A stretch of 64,000 nucleotides of DNA from Stegostoma tigrinum (lineage: Eukaryota). The notes under the pieces were generated by a model, which was not told the origin of the DNA, searched no databases, and saw nothing but the letters and a program-made list of their open reading frames with translations. The stretch is from positions 44,602,152-44,666,151 of the forward strand of contig NC_081364.1 of NCBI RefSeq assembly GCF_030684315.1. Direction: 5' to 3'. Shown in pieces: positions 1 through 13,073 of the stretch. Within the stretch, counting starts at the first letter, position 1. Each line of letters starts with the position of its first letter. The translations under genes were made by a program, and so were the position numbers.

Positions 1-145
1 TATTACATCTGAAACCCAGAACATTGAGTTTCCAGTGTCGTCCACTCCTCAGCCAAGTTTTTGTAACAGCTATAATGTCTCCAATCCCATGTTTCCAAAC
101 ATGCCGTGAGTTCATTAGCCTTTTCTGTAAAATCCCTTGCATAAT
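1..145 (-). mobile_element. Decayed CR1 LINE ORF2 fragment (start of AP endonuclease)
   Basis: Reverse complement reads approximately ARDF.EKANELTACLETW..DIIAVTKTWL..NVLGFRC with frameshifts, matching the endonuclease start of the CR1 at 16555-16700 (NARSIRNK...DVVAISETW...VLGFRC). Confidence 0.7.
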
Positions 146-365
146 TCTTCAAACTTACTTTGTTCTCTGACTTGCCTTTGTCTGTCTTTTCTAATTAGCT
201 TGTTCCTTTCCAATTCAAAACAATCCACTCTATCTTTCAATTAAGGATTACTTAGGATGCCTCCACTCCCCCTTCTCTAATAGTTATAGTATCCCTTAAC
301 AAAATTAGCATATCTTTCCACTACTTTATTGGTCCCTTCCCAGGATAGGTGAAACCCACCCTTTT

Positions 366-560
366 TGAACTCAGCAGGTCTGACAGGATCTGTGGAGAGG
401 AAACAGCATTAACCTTTTGAACGCAATGACTCTTCTTCAGAATGGTACTCAAAACGTTAACTCTGCTTTCCCTGTTAAAATGCTGTCAGATCTGTTGAAT
501 GTCACTAGCAATTTGTGCTTTGATTCAGATCTTCAGCATCCATAGTTCTTTCTTTTATTT
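366..560. mobile_element. Old Penelope-like pLTR-derived fold-back element
   Basis: Imperfect inverted arms (tcagcaggtctgacaggatctg...ttaac / gttaac...atgctgtcagatctgttga), a ttcttcag motif (reverse complement CTGAAGAA) near the centre, and a cagcatc..agttc tail like the younger Penelope ends. Confidence 0.65.
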
Positions 561-844
561 GACCATCTTGGAGTCTTGTTTGTAGTCACAGAAATGTCAA
601 TAATTTCTCCTTACAATAGAATCTCTAATGTTTTCATAGTATTCATAGTTTAGAACAAGGCTGGTAGCATAGTTTGACAAGAATTTGGGCAGTGAAACAG
701 ACTGGGAATATCACAAGAAGTAAGAAATCCTGCAACTGAGAGGACTCCAATATGTGGTAACCAGCAGAGTTTTTTGTTTGACTAGTTTTGCCTGACACTG
801 TGAAACTTCATTGGCATATTAATGTACAAGATGGTTTGTTATGT

Positions 845-990
845 CATCATTGGAATTTTAATCTAGATTAAAAGAAAATAAATTCCACCATTTGTCATGG
901 TAGGATTTGATCTCAAGCCCTCACCTATCTTTGGATTACTATCAGTGGATTACTTTGGATTGCTACAGTGCCAATACTGCTATGTCATTT
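845..990 (-). mobile_element. Fragment of tRNA-derived head, same family as 8385-10161
   Basis: Reverse complement contains gagatcaaatcctaccatgacaaatggtggaattt, similar to gagttcaaatcccatgaaagcagatggtggaattt at 8457-8491. Confidence 0.5.
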
Positions 991-2059
991 TGGTACAAGA
1001 AAGAACTGGAGGATGGAGAGATTTGGGTATAGTTGAGGGGAGGTACATCACAGACAGGAGTCGAGTCAATGTTATGCTAGCTGGAAGGGCGGGAGACAAA
1101 GGTTAATGTTAAGTTTGTTAGTAGGGCTGGAGGAACAGTGTTAATTCTCTTGATTCATAAGCAGTGCTGGGCAAGATGTCTTGATCTAGCTGCTTCTGTT
1201 TCCCTTTAGCAGCAGGTTTCCAGGACCCATTGAAATTCAGTTGGTGAGTATAAAATTTAACTACACTGTGGAAGCTTAATTCATGAGCTGCCCTACATCT
1301 CGAGAATAAGACATAGTCTCCTCAGGACTTGTCACCTTTTACAGCGACAGGAAGAGAGACCTTTCATCACACTTGAAGTTTTAACTAACCCACAACCCTT
1401 TCATCCTTCAAAGTAGAAGGGAAGCCGGGGGTTAAATTTCCTCCTTTGTGTCGGTGGGTTAAGCTGAGGGAAGACTAAAATCTCTAGCTAATTAGTCAGG
1501 AAAGAAGACCTGTGTGAGTAGTTTGAACAGCACTATGTAATATTAAATGGTGTTGGGTTGGTGCGTCTGGAGCACTACTTCAAGGTAAGACCTGACAGAT
1601 GAAAGAAAAATTTACAATTGATGTAAGAAAGAATTCCTTCATATCAAGATGAACCAACACATGAAATAGACTTCCATGTAAGGTACAGGAGAAAAAAAAC
1701 CCTTGAGGCAGTCAAGAACCTGCTGTTTTTTTTGTGATGGAAGAATTGTTTTTTTCTTTTTGGATAAATTACTTAAGATGATCCAGGCTTCCTGTTTTGG
1801 ATTTATCTTGTGACTTTAATGAGCTAAACAGTAAGTGAGCAATTTTATTGAGCCGTTATTCGTAATCAATATAAAAATACTGCACCTCAATAAATCATTA
1901 CCCTTCTCTACAATATTAAATACTTGGATGGTTGGATTGTCATGTACTTGCATATTATGATAGCTTTCAATATTTTTAAATACACCTTTCACAAGAGTCA
2001 CAGGCTGTTCAAGAGCAATAATTTCATTAGGATTCAAAATGGGATTATGTTATTTAATT

Positions 2060-2338
2060 TGCTGCAACAAGGGAAGAAATTTATGTTCTCAGGCAAGACA
2101 TACAACGGGGTTTGGGGAAAGATCTTTTATTTATGTGGCAAGTGGATCTAGAACTTATTGCCTAAGAAAAGATGGAAATGGAACCAATGAATGAAATCAA
2201 GAGGAAGGTGGATGGGCATTTGAGGGAATAAATTTAAACTAATAATTAAACTAATTGAATTGTTTTACGCATCACTGCCATGGATGCAATGGGCCAAGTG
2301 TTATTTTCTCTGCTGTAATAACTTTATGGCTCCATGAA
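2060..2338 (+). mobile_element. Highly decayed CR1 LINE 3' end
   Basis: tggatctagaacttattgcct...tcaagaggaaggtggatgggcatttg...atgggccaagtg...tctctgctgtaa follows the CR1 3' layout (WN.LP...FK..LD, then 3' UTR). Confidence 0.5.
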
Positions 2339-2449
2339 ATGAATTTTTCCATTTTGTGGGCAATGTGTTTCTTTGAGTGAGATTCAGAGTGCCCAATACA
2401 CCATGGCACATGTCAACTTTTCTCATGCACACTTCAGCTCATTGTGTAG

Positions 2450-2680
2450 CTGGCTGGCTCAAAAAGGGAATTTAGTTCCCAGCTTTGTGGACAGGGATCT
2501 CGAGGTGATTGTGGACAAGGTCATGGAGAGAAGGGCCATCCTTTCTCCGGGTGACTAGCAATAGAGGCAGCATCACTAGCCGTAGCCAGACTGGACATAA
2601 TGTGATGTCTTGGGCTAAAGGAAATGCCCCAGTAGTGCAGGAAAAAGATAAGTGATCTGTGGTTTGCAAGGTTAAGTGCC
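2450..2680 (+). pseudogene. PIF/Harbinger Myb/SANT-like DNA-binding gene relic
   Basis: VPSFVDRDLEVIVDKVMERRAILSPGD, then after stops ...DW...CRKKISDL, fits the Harbinger ORF1 Myb/SANT pattern (PRFS..DLE.L..V..RR..L.P...W...QCRKK.NDL). It is followed by a GT donor-like site (caag|gttaag) and pyrimidine-rich sequence. Confidence 0.65.
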
Positions 2681-3189
2681 AATGTTTTCTTTCTGCGACT
2701 CTATACTCAACTCTCTCTTCAACTCACACTCCTCTTACCAAGGCTCACGGTTACAAGTCTCGTTATTGCATCCCTCATGTTCACACAGTGGCTCACATAC
2801 CTCATTCTCCGAAACCACTAACCCTTCCCACCCTGTTCATTTCCTACTCACTTAGTGGGGACACATTGCCACTTCTCCTGCCTCAGTGCTGCCACTCAAG
2901 ACTTTTGTATTTTCTTCCATTATGCATTGTACATTTTGTTTTAAAAAGTGACATGGAGACAGCCAAACCATGCTACTTCCCCTTGGCAATTCCCTGAATA
3001 GTCAGGGCCTACATGCTTGGTCTAAAAGTTATGATTAATGGTTAACTATTCTTGTTACACCTCCATGGCAATTAAGACCCAACAAATCAGAAATGTCTTC
3101 TCATTCTGTATAAAATGTTGTCTCTTTCCAAGCTTGTTTCTTGTGTGCCAGTTCTGACGAGTACAGACAAAAAGCAACAACTTCTAGCC

Positions 3190-4840
3190 CCCACTGATAA
3201 TTTCTTTTTACTCGTTCAGCTTCAAGAATGCTTGACAAGCTTGGTTGAGCAGCCGCGCTAGATTTTGGTCATGGTCAGCAAAGACTTCCATTGTGTGCCC
3301 ACCCTCATAAGCTAGCAGATCTCCCATCATAGCTTCCATTGCTATTATGGTTACTAACTACCTCACATAGACTGCAATGATATTCTTCTGGAGCAGTGGA
3401 AATGCCAAACAACATGCATCGCTATTTGTATCTCCCAAGAGGCATCCAGAAGGTATTTGGAAAGCTATTGCTTCCAAGTTACTTCACTTGCCAGCAACCA
3501 TCTTTCAAATCTAGTGTGATGGAGATTTTTGCCATTGTAAACTGTGGCAAAACTCAGTCAATGGTTGACATGGGATAGTGAGCTCGTTTCAGAGTTTCAT
3601 TCGTACCTTTTGGGTGGCTGCATACTTTCCAGGCTGTTTCACTGCTACCATGTCGCTAATCTATTCTGTGTAAGTTATCACTTTCTTGATTGCTCCTTTG
3701 TTTCCTAGCTCTTCTATTTTGTCTTTCAAACTGACCTTGAGGGAAGCTGGGACTTTCCTCAGGAAATGCTGAACTGGACTTACATTTCAAGATGTTATTC
3801 TGCTGGGACAGGTCCTAACCCTGTGAATGTATTTTTGTATTCACCTAGGATCTTATTCAGTCAGTGGTTTAGATACTACATTACGTTACCAATCTCTTAA
3901 TATGTGAGGTTCTCTATCTCTGGTTTCTCATCCTCCATGGTACAAAGCTCTATCTTGAAAGCCGCTCTATTCCACTATGGTCCTGGTGGAAGCATGGTCA
4001 GCGTGTATCTTCATTCTCCATCAATTTGAGGGCTTCATAAAGGTACCAATGGACATGTTTGGAGGGGTTATCTCTGGCTTCCTAGCAGCCATCCATGTAT
4101 GGCCTGAGAATGTAGGATGGAGGCAAATCTTGGCATCTCTAAGGATGCCTGATACAGATTTCCAAATTCTGGCTTTGAAGGTCACAGCTAGGCTGGACAC
4201 TGATGGAGTGGAAACCTCTTCTGCTGATAAACTTCGTAGGTTAGTGATAGGGTGCTCTCAAAGCAAACAACAAGGCTGCAGTCTATTATAGAGGAGAACA
4301 TGCCCAGAGGGCATGCTGGGAATTTTTTGTGAAAACAGATTTTCCATAGCTCTGGAGAAGGAAAAAGTGAAATGCTGCTGCAAGGTTTCTGCTCCGACAT
4401 TCACATCTGGAATTCATGCCGTATGTTTCTCAGGAAAAAGAAATGTGAACCGGGAACTGCAAATTTAGTTAATAAATGAAACAAGCAAATTACTTGACAG
4501 GCAGATTAACTATTCTTTTATCTGTAGGGCATTAGTTCTGGACTGTCCCCATTGACCAATGATGTAGCAATTTGTGTCTATCATCAGAATCTTTCTTGAA
4601 TGTGGAGAGTCTATTGGATTTGTTCAGTTGATATCCTGGACCTTGTTGCAGGATCTTTGTTCCTATGTATTCACTAGCTCTGGTTAATTTCTAGTCATCT
4701 CTTCCTCCTTAGGATGCTCTGAGACTTGCTTTCTCACCGGAGCACTTTTTGGAGTTCTGTCTTCTCCTAGACTGTTCTCGTGATTCCTTCTTCTACTGTT
4801 CATTTTCTTCTGACTGGGTTGCTGCTATGCAACGAAGGGT
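3190..4840 (-). mobile_element. Decayed Ty3/Gypsy LTR retrotransposon pol (reverse transcriptase region)
   Basis: Manual minus-strand translation: PVQHFLRKVPASLK..KIEELGNKGAIKKV...ISDMVAVKQPGK...LKRAHYPMSTID...TLDLKDGCWQVK...TFWMPLGRY...FGISTAPEEY (3380-3409)...MGDLLAY...DHDQNLARLL...LKLN, the Gypsy RT motifs in order, with stops and frameshifts. Extent above about 3900 is less certain. Confidence 0.85.
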
Positions 4841-6915
4841 AACATAGAACATAGAACATAGAACATAGAAAAGTACAGCACAGTACAGGCCCTTCGGCCC
4901 ACCATGTTGTGCTGTGGATTAATCCTAATCCAAAATAAAATAACCTAACCTACATTCCCCTCAATTCACTGCTGCCCATGTGCATGTCCAGCAGTCACTT
5001 AAATGTCACTAATGACTCTGCTTCCATGACTACCACTGGCAAAGTATTCCATGCGCTCACAACTCTCTGGGTGAAGAACCTCCCTCTGACGTCTCCTCTA
5101 TACCTTCCTCCTAACACCTTAAAACTATGACCCCTCATGGCAGTCAATCCTGCCCTGGGGAAAAGTCTCTGGCAATCAACTCTATCCATGCCTCTCATTA
5201 CCTTGTACACCTTGATCAGGTCACCTCTCTTCCTCCTTCTCTCCAGAGAGAAAAGTCTGAGCTCAGTCAACCTCTCCTCGTAAGACAAGCCCTCCCAGTC
5301 CAGGCAGTATCCTGTTAAACCTCCTTTGCACCCTCTCCAAAGCCTCCACATCTTTCCTATAATAGGGCGACCAGAACTGGACACAATATTCCAAGTGTGG
5401 TCTCACCAGGGTTTTGTAGAGCTGCAGCATAACCTTGCGGCTCTTAAACTCGATTCCCCCTGTTAATGAAAGCCAAAACACCATGTGCTTTCTTAACAAC
5501 CTTATCCACTTGGGTGGCAACATCGAGGGAGCTATGCACTTGAACACCAAGATCCCACTGTTGCTCCACACTGCCAAGAATCCTGCCTTTAATCCTATAT
5601 TCAGCATTTAAGTTCGACCTTCCAAAATGCATCACTTGGCATTTATCCAGGTTGAACTCCATCTGCCATTTCTCAGCCCAGCTCTGCATTCTGTCAATGT
5701 CTCGCTGAAGCCCGCAATAGCCCTTGATACTATCAACGGCACCTCCAACCTGTGTCATCAGCAAACATACTAACCCACTCCTCAACCTCCTCATCCAAGT
5801 CATTTATAAAAACTACAAAGAGCAGAGGCCCAAGAACAGACCCCTGCGGGACACCACTCAGCACTGACCTCCAGGCAGAATACTTACCATCTACAACCAC
5901 TCTCTGCTTCCTGTCAGCCAACCAATTCTAAATCCAGACAGCCAAATCACCCTGTATCCCATACCACCTGACTTTATGAATGAGTCTGCCTTGCTGAAGT
6001 CCATGTACACCACATCCACTGCTCGACCCTCATCTACCTGTCTCATGACCTCCTCAAAGAACTCTAAGATTTGTGAGGCATGACCTGACCCTCTCTAAGC
6101 CATGCTGACTCCCTTTAATTGCGCTATGCTTTTCCAAATAGTCATAAATCCTATCCCTCAGAATTCTTTCCAAAACCTTGTTGACCACAGACGTAAGACT
6201 GACTTGTCTGTAATTTCCAGGGATTTCCCTATTCCCTTTCTTGAAAAGAGGAACAACATTTGCCTCCCTCCAATCTTCTGATACGACTCCCATGGAAAGT
6301 GAGGAAGCAAAGATCTTCGCCAGCGGCTTAGCAACCTCCTTTCTCGCTTCCCGGAGCAACCTAGGATAAATCTGGTCTGGCCCTGGGGACTTATCAATCT
6401 TAATGTTTGCCAAAATTTCCACATCTACTTCCTCAATCTCGATCTGTTCAAGCCTGTTTCCCTGCTCCTCAACCTTCTCATTCACAACAAGGTCCCTTTC
6501 CTTTGTGAAAACTGAAGCAAAAAAACTCATTTAGGGTTTCCCCTATCTGCTCAGACTTCACGCACAAGTTCCCTATGCTATCCCTGATTGGCCCTGCCAT
6601 CTCCCTGATCATTTTCTTATTCCTCATGTATGAGTAAAATGCCTTCGGGTTCTCCCTAATCCTTCCTGCCAAGCCTTTCTCGTGCCCCCTCCTGGCCCTC
6701 CTCAGTCCACTTTTGAGCTCCTTCCGAGCAAGCCTGTAATCCTCTAAAGCTGTGCTAGACCCTTGCTTCCTCCACCTTACGTAAGCTGCCCTTTTCTTTT
6801 TGACGAGAATCACCTCTGTTCCCGTCATCCAAGGCTCCTTAATCTTACCCCTTCTTACCTGTCTCAGAGGAACAAATTTATGCATCACTCACAACAACTG
6901 CTCCTTAAACATTCT
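4841..6915 (-). mobile_element. CR1 LINE, 5'-truncated, frameshifted ORF2 (RT)
   Basis: ORF pieces [72 protein letters not shown]; 3' tail (TTCTATG)n appears as aacatagaacatagaa at 4841-4870. Confidence 0.95.
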
Positions 6916-8384
6916 CCAGTTTCCTACGACTCCACTGGCCTACACATTCCAGCACCCAGGATGCTCAGCTACAGTCTTCCCCATTATATCCCACACTTAC
7001 TCTGCCTTGTGTTCTGCCACTTCTCTGTATTTGCCAAGGGGTTTTCCACTTATTCATCAAAATTTCTATAATGTAGTGAATGTGGATTTTCAAATTGTTT
7101 TTGACTTCCACTTGCATTCCAGTTTGAAATCCCAGGTTATGTGTAGCAAGTTAATTTCTCTTACCCGACAACACAAATCTACAACAAGGAACATTAACCC
7201 TATCCCTCAACCTGAACAACTGCAGATTATTTTAGCAACTTTGGTCAAAAAGGATGTCTTCATATGAGTTTGCAAACAGTGAAACTGTTTCTGTTCCATA
7301 TACAGCACACTATTATAATTCATTTCATTGAGTCAATTTGTTGTTTGTTTCTGATTAATTCATTTAACCAATACAGCTGTTCTGACTCACGAGCTTCTTA
7401 TTTGTATCACCCTCAATTCCTCAAGAATATTTGTGAATTTTGCTCTCAAGTAAATGAGTTGCGACAAAGAAATGGATTTGCATTGAAAAGAAAACAGGTA
7501 CAGAAATAGAGGCAGTCCACACGAGAGCTGGGTCTCAACAGAAAACAGCTGTGAATGTAAAGCTACATTAAAGCCATGCAAAGTAGTGGAGAAATGTAAT
7601 TTGGCCATTAAGATGTGGTTTCTGTCCAGGATATATAGCACTGCAGTGGAGTAATGCTGGGAAGCCAGCAGTAGAGTGAAGTGTCATCCTAAAACTCAGC
7701 AGCAGACGAGGTGTTGGCACTGCAGATTAGAACATATTACCTGAAACTTGAAGAGACTCAGTGTTAGAGCAAAACCAAAATGTCAGGACATACAGTACAG
7801 TTCTGTTTGGGCAGTAAAGGAAGCCATGTATCAAAACTAGGCAGAACTCCAGTGCGTAAAAAACCACAGAGAAAACAAGGTTCATGTAGATCAATAAATT
7901 CTGTACGGACACCGTTAAATTGTGGTTTGAACTTGTGGACTGATCTGCAATGGACTTGCTGTTGGGGGCAGAGGGGAGAAGCAATTGGAAGGGGAAAGTA
8001 CCAAGATTACAAATGTATGACCATGGATAAATAATGTAAAGGATGGGAGCATAAGCAGTTACCATCCTCTAGGCTATGGATAAATTACAATATAAATCTC
8101 TAAGCCAGAACTTCAGCATCAATCATCACAGATAACTTTCACTCACTATCAATGCACATATACACGTGAGAGTACTACTCACTTGAAAAACTCATGTGCT
8201 TGAAAGATGTAATAAATGTGTTCCTATATTCTAGGTTTTAGACGAGCTACACAATATCCACATCGCATTACTGCCCTTATTGTTTATTTGCTCACTTTAC
8301 ACTATCCTCCAACAGGTGTTAGTCAGATGTACAGCCAACAAATTCAATAGCAGCTTGCAAACTTTATTCCTTTTTCTAAAAGTT

Positions 8385-10161
8385 AGGGAACAATGATATA
8401 GTACTATTGTCACAGGACTAGTAATCAAAAGACTCGGGTAATATTATTGGGGCCCTGAGTTCAAATCCCATGAAAGCAGATGGTGGAATTTGAATTCAAT
8501 TCAAATAGGGAATTAAAAGTCTAATAGTGACTTGGAAGCCATGGGTTGTCATTAAACTTGCTACAGTTCAATAATATCTTGTAAAGAAGGAAAACTGCAG
8601 TCCTTACCTTACCTGTATGTGACTGCAACCCCACAACAATGTGGGTGACTGTTAACTGCCCTCTGAAATAGCCAGCAAGCCAATCAGTTGTATCAATCGC
8701 TGCAAAGTTTCAAAGGGAAAGGAAACTGATTGACCACCTGGCTTTGGTCTAGGCATTGGAAAAGACAACAGTACAAACAGCCCTGTCGACATTGTAAAGT
8801 CCTCCTCACTAACATCTGGGGGTTAGTGTCGAAATCCAGAGATTCACAGAACTTAAGTGATAGTCTGACATAGTCATGCTCACATAGTCATCTATTACAG
8901 ATGATGTCCTAGATCACCATCAATATCCCTGGATATATGCTGTCCCGCCAGCAGATCAGACCCAGAAAAGGTGACAGCACAGTGCTATTTAGTCAGAAGG
9001 GAGTTACCCTGGCAGTCCTCAACATTGATTCCATACCAGCAAGAGGGGAAAAAACATATTCAATCTCATCCTTACCAATCTGCCAGCTCCAGATGAATCT
9101 GTCTATGATAGTATTGGTAAGTGTGACTACTGCAGAGTCCTTGTGAAGATGAAACCCTGCCTTCACATTGAGCATACCCTTCATCATGTTGTGTGGCACC
9201 ATCACTGTGCTAAACTTCAAACAGATCTAGCAACTCAAGACTGGGCATTCATGCGGTGCTGTGGGCTATCTTCAGCAGAATTTACAACATCATGGCTCCG
9301 CATGTCACCCACTCGGCCACTACCATCAAGCTAAGGGGTTAACTGTGGTTCAACGGACAGTGCAGGAGGGCATCCCAGGAGCAGCACCAGGCATACATAA
9401 CAATTAGGTGTCAACCTGGTGAAGCTACCAAACAGGGTGACTTGCACACCATACTGCTTAAGCAGACAGAGCTAAGTGATCCCACAACCAATGGATCAGA
9501 TCTAAGTTCTGCAGTCCTGCCACATCCAGTTGTGAATTGTGGTGGACAATTAAACAACTCACTGGAGGAGGAGGGTCCACAAATAGCCCCATTCCCAATG
9601 ATGGAAGAACCCAACAAATCAGTGCAAAAGGTGTGGCTGAAGTATTTGTAGCAATCTTCACCAGGAATACTGAGTAGATGATCTATCTCAACCTCCTCCT
9701 GTGGTCCCCAGTCTTCAGCCAATTCGATTCACTCCATGTGATACAAACAGTTGAAGACATTGGTTACTGCAAAGGCTTTGGGCATGGACAAAATTCCAGC
9801 AATAGTACTGAAGACTAATGTTCCAGAACTGGCTGCTCCCATCCAAGTTCTTACAGTACAGTTACAACACTGGCATCTACCCAGCCACGTGGAAAATTGC
9901 CCGAGTATTCCCTGTGCATAAAAAGCAGGGCAAATGGGAACATTTTTACCTGCAAGTTTCCCTCTGAGCCACTCATCATCTTGACTTGAAAATATGTCGC
10001 CATTCCTTCACAGTTGCTGGCTCAATATCCTAGAATTCTCCCCCTAAGGAGGTCAGCCCACAGCAAGTGACAGCAAGGCATTTTCTGAAGGGCAACTAGG
10101 GTCGGTTAAAGATGCTGGTCCAACCAGCAATGCCCATATCTTAGGAGTGAATAAAAATAAA
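8385..10161 (+). mobile_element. LINE (CR1/L2 group) with tRNA-like 5' head and internal RT deletion
   Basis: B-box-like gagttcaaatccc at 8457-8469; endonuclease remnants (LLTNIWGLVSK, DIVMLT, TINIPGY.LSRQ); TAKALGMDKIPAIVLKTNVPELAAP...YSYNTGIYPATWKIARVFPVHKK at 9765-9925; jump to ORF2 C-terminus/3' UTR ending gtgaataaaaataaa. Confidence 0.8.
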
Positions 10162-12762
10162 GTCTGCTTCACCTCGAGCCCTAATTTAAGTTAGAAACTT
10201 CAGAGGGTTCTAATGATATTGAGTAAAACAGCTACTCAGGAAAAGTTAGACTGACAAGTGCATAACCTAACTCTTGAATAGCTTTTAAACTTATATTATA
10301 CTGACCGCACTCACCCACAACATTTCCTTCCCAGGCTGCTTAAATGCACCTGGAGTCTGGACCAATACTCTACCCAGGATCCAAACCCCTTTATCTCCAC
10401 TCTCCACTGTCGTTCACCCTGGGACATACTCCTGCTCCCCCACAACTTGCCAGACTTGACATAACCCATAATCCCACCTAGGCCTCAAAACCAAATCCAC
10501 CACCCCCCCCCCCCCTCCCCACACCATCAATACCATCCCCACTCATGGATCTGACATGAAAACTGTGCCACTAGACTCAACACCATGCCCTTCCTCCACT
10601 GGATTTGACAGCCCATAGTCTCATCTCTTCCCTCCAGTTGATTTTGATCTGACTTTACCCTGCCTCCTGCTGCTGAACCAACCTAACCCTCCCTCTTCCA
10701 CTGGACTCAGCCTAGCGCCACTTCTTCTCATTAGATTCCATGCTGAAATTGCACCCCGACCCAACCCACACCCATCCCTACTGCCTGGAGGTAACCCTGC
10801 CACCTCCAACTAGGCTTGACATCTATCCTTCCTCACCAAACACCCAACCTAGGAAGACCTAATTTCTTCCAACCTATCCTAAACATATATCACTTTCCTG
10901 GGATCCTACTCCCTTTATACTTGACATCCTACCCAGCAGGCATCATACCCAACTGACACCCTACTCAAATTATTTCCTGCAAGCCGTGCTCACAACCCAT
11001 TGACATAATAGCCCTCCAGCACCCTAACATCACGTTTAGGTTAAGCTTTTACAGTCTGGCAGCAGCCGGCAAACTGGCTGTCTGATATTCTGGATCTGTA
11101 CATTCCAGAATACAGCAGCTGATTGTTGTGAAAAGGGGCATGATTTGCTTACCCCTGACAGCTCTATGCAACAGAAGAACTGTTAGAATGGAGCCCCCTT
11201 CTTTCATAAGAAAACGAAGTCTGGAGTAATAATCTGCATGAGATTCTAGTTTGAATATCTGCTCCCTGAGCACTACAGACTAGGATGGCAGGAATAGCAA
11301 TGCCACATGGAGTGATGGGCGAAGCAGCTGGTTTTTGGAGGTGGTGGTGAAAGGGTGCGAGGTAATGTGGTGAAGGTGTGGGTTAATTTGAAGAGTAGAA
11401 AGAGGTTCTTATTCCTCACACCTCTACTCCTGCTAGTATTTGCCTCAGTTGGACAGAGTGCCCAGCCAGAAAGAATTCAGACCAAAGTATTGATGAGGCC
11501 TCTAAGTAGCTATTGAAGGGCCTGAATTGGTCTGTAGTTGGGAAGGCTATTCCTTACCACCCTGGACCTAACTGGAGGACAATAGGAAAGCAGTCAGACC
11601 CTACCTAACAATCCTCAGACAACACTTTGAAATCTGCCTCTGAAGTGCAAAGATCAATGCATTTCAAATATGATTTAAAATATTACATGTCTAGGACGCT
11701 TGATTTCTAAGAAAGAGGAATAAATTTTAAACACAACTTTAGAATCCATATCAAAGAAATGCGTAGTGAAATAATATATAGTTTGTTGTTATTTTCCTTT
11801 TAGAAGGAGAGAGTAGTGTTATGTATTCGTATGCTAATGCAAATGGAAAAGTTGTCAGAGCCTGAACAGTTAGTAATCACTCAGTAAGTTCACATCTGAA
11901 CTGGCGATGCTTTGTCTCTGTCTTCCTTGTTTTTGCTATCCAATATGTAATGACCGCTACTATAAACTTTACTTTTGCAAATTGCCACCTACATCTTGCA
12001 TCTAGTCCCATGTGCTTTTGTGATTTCACACAAAGGCTAACAGAAGTGTTTTTTTCCATACTCTTTTTTTTCACCCATTCTGTTGACTTTCTGAAAACCT
12101 TCATTTCAAGATCATTGGCTTAATAGACAACAATAGAATATTTTCAACAAACTCAGAGTGAATTAAAAAAATTCTGTACAATCGTCTCTTCTGAAAAAAA
12201 GGACAAAGTACACCTCTTAAAGCACTGGGATAAGCACCGCTAGCAGAGGTGAAAGCATTGTTAGCACTTACAAATGCATCCTGCACCAGCTCAGATGTAA
12301 TCATCTCAATGGGATTATGTGGGTTAATAAATATGTTACTCGTTTGCAAAAAGAAGAGAAGCAATGAAATAGACATTGTAGGACAGCCCTCAGAAAGTAG
12401 TGGATAAACACCAACCTAGTTGTGTTACATGCAGATAGGTAGTTTTGCTGAGGGCAGCCAAGGATAAGCAAGGAGGGCCTACAACAGCAAATATATGTTA
12501 GAGGCTTGTGAGATATTGTGGGCTGTTGGTGAGAATGAAGGTGTTAGTTCAGCTCATTTGTGCCATCTGGGTTTTCAGCACATGAGTGCAGAGTGGGTAG
12601 TTTCCTGGGGAGTCATTTGCTGTAGCATTTGTGTACAATAGAAGCTGCTTACATTCTCAAAATGCATTTCACACATTGCAGTAAGGACTGGTAGCTAGCA
12701 GTGATGGCATAGATATGTTTGGATTTGTACCCCAAATGGCAGACCCCTCCGGCCATCCACAG

Positions 12763-13073
12763 TGTTGCATGGTGGCTCAGTAATCAACACAGTGCCAGCA
12801 ACCCGGGTTCAATTGCACCCTCAGGTGACTGTCTGTGTGGAGTTTGCATATTGTCCCCATGTCTGCGTGGGTTTCCTCTGGGTGCTCCAGTTTCCTCCCA
12901 CAGTCCAAAGATGTGCAGTTTAGGTAAATTGGCCATGCTAAATTGTCCATTGCATTCAGCATGTGTAGATTAGGTGGGTTACAAGGGAATGGGTCTGGGT
13001 GGGGTGCTGTGAGGTTTGGTGTGGACTTGTTGGGCCAAAGGGCCTGTTTCCACATTATAGCGACTCTATGAAG
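12763..13073 (+). mobile_element. tRNA-derived V-SINE (HE1-like)
   Basis: A box ggtggctcagt, B box gggttcaattg, V-domain gtgtggagtttgcat...gcgtgggtttcctctgggtgctccagtttcctcccacagtccaaaga, CR1-like tail tgggccaaagggcctgtttcc...ctatg; possible TSD tccacag (12756-12762 / 13074-13080). Confidence 0.9.

Noticed and set aside
4841-4870. Short tandem repeats (also 19535-19552 and 30345-30367) as a CRISPR-like or satellite array
   Set aside because: These are the 7-bp microsatellite tails of CR1 3' ends; there are no spacers.
12763-12830. tRNA genes at A/B-box motifs (also 8390, 21472, 32340, 33450, 58280)
   Set aside because: They are retroposon heads continuing into V-domain or LINE sequence; no complete cloverleaf is visible.
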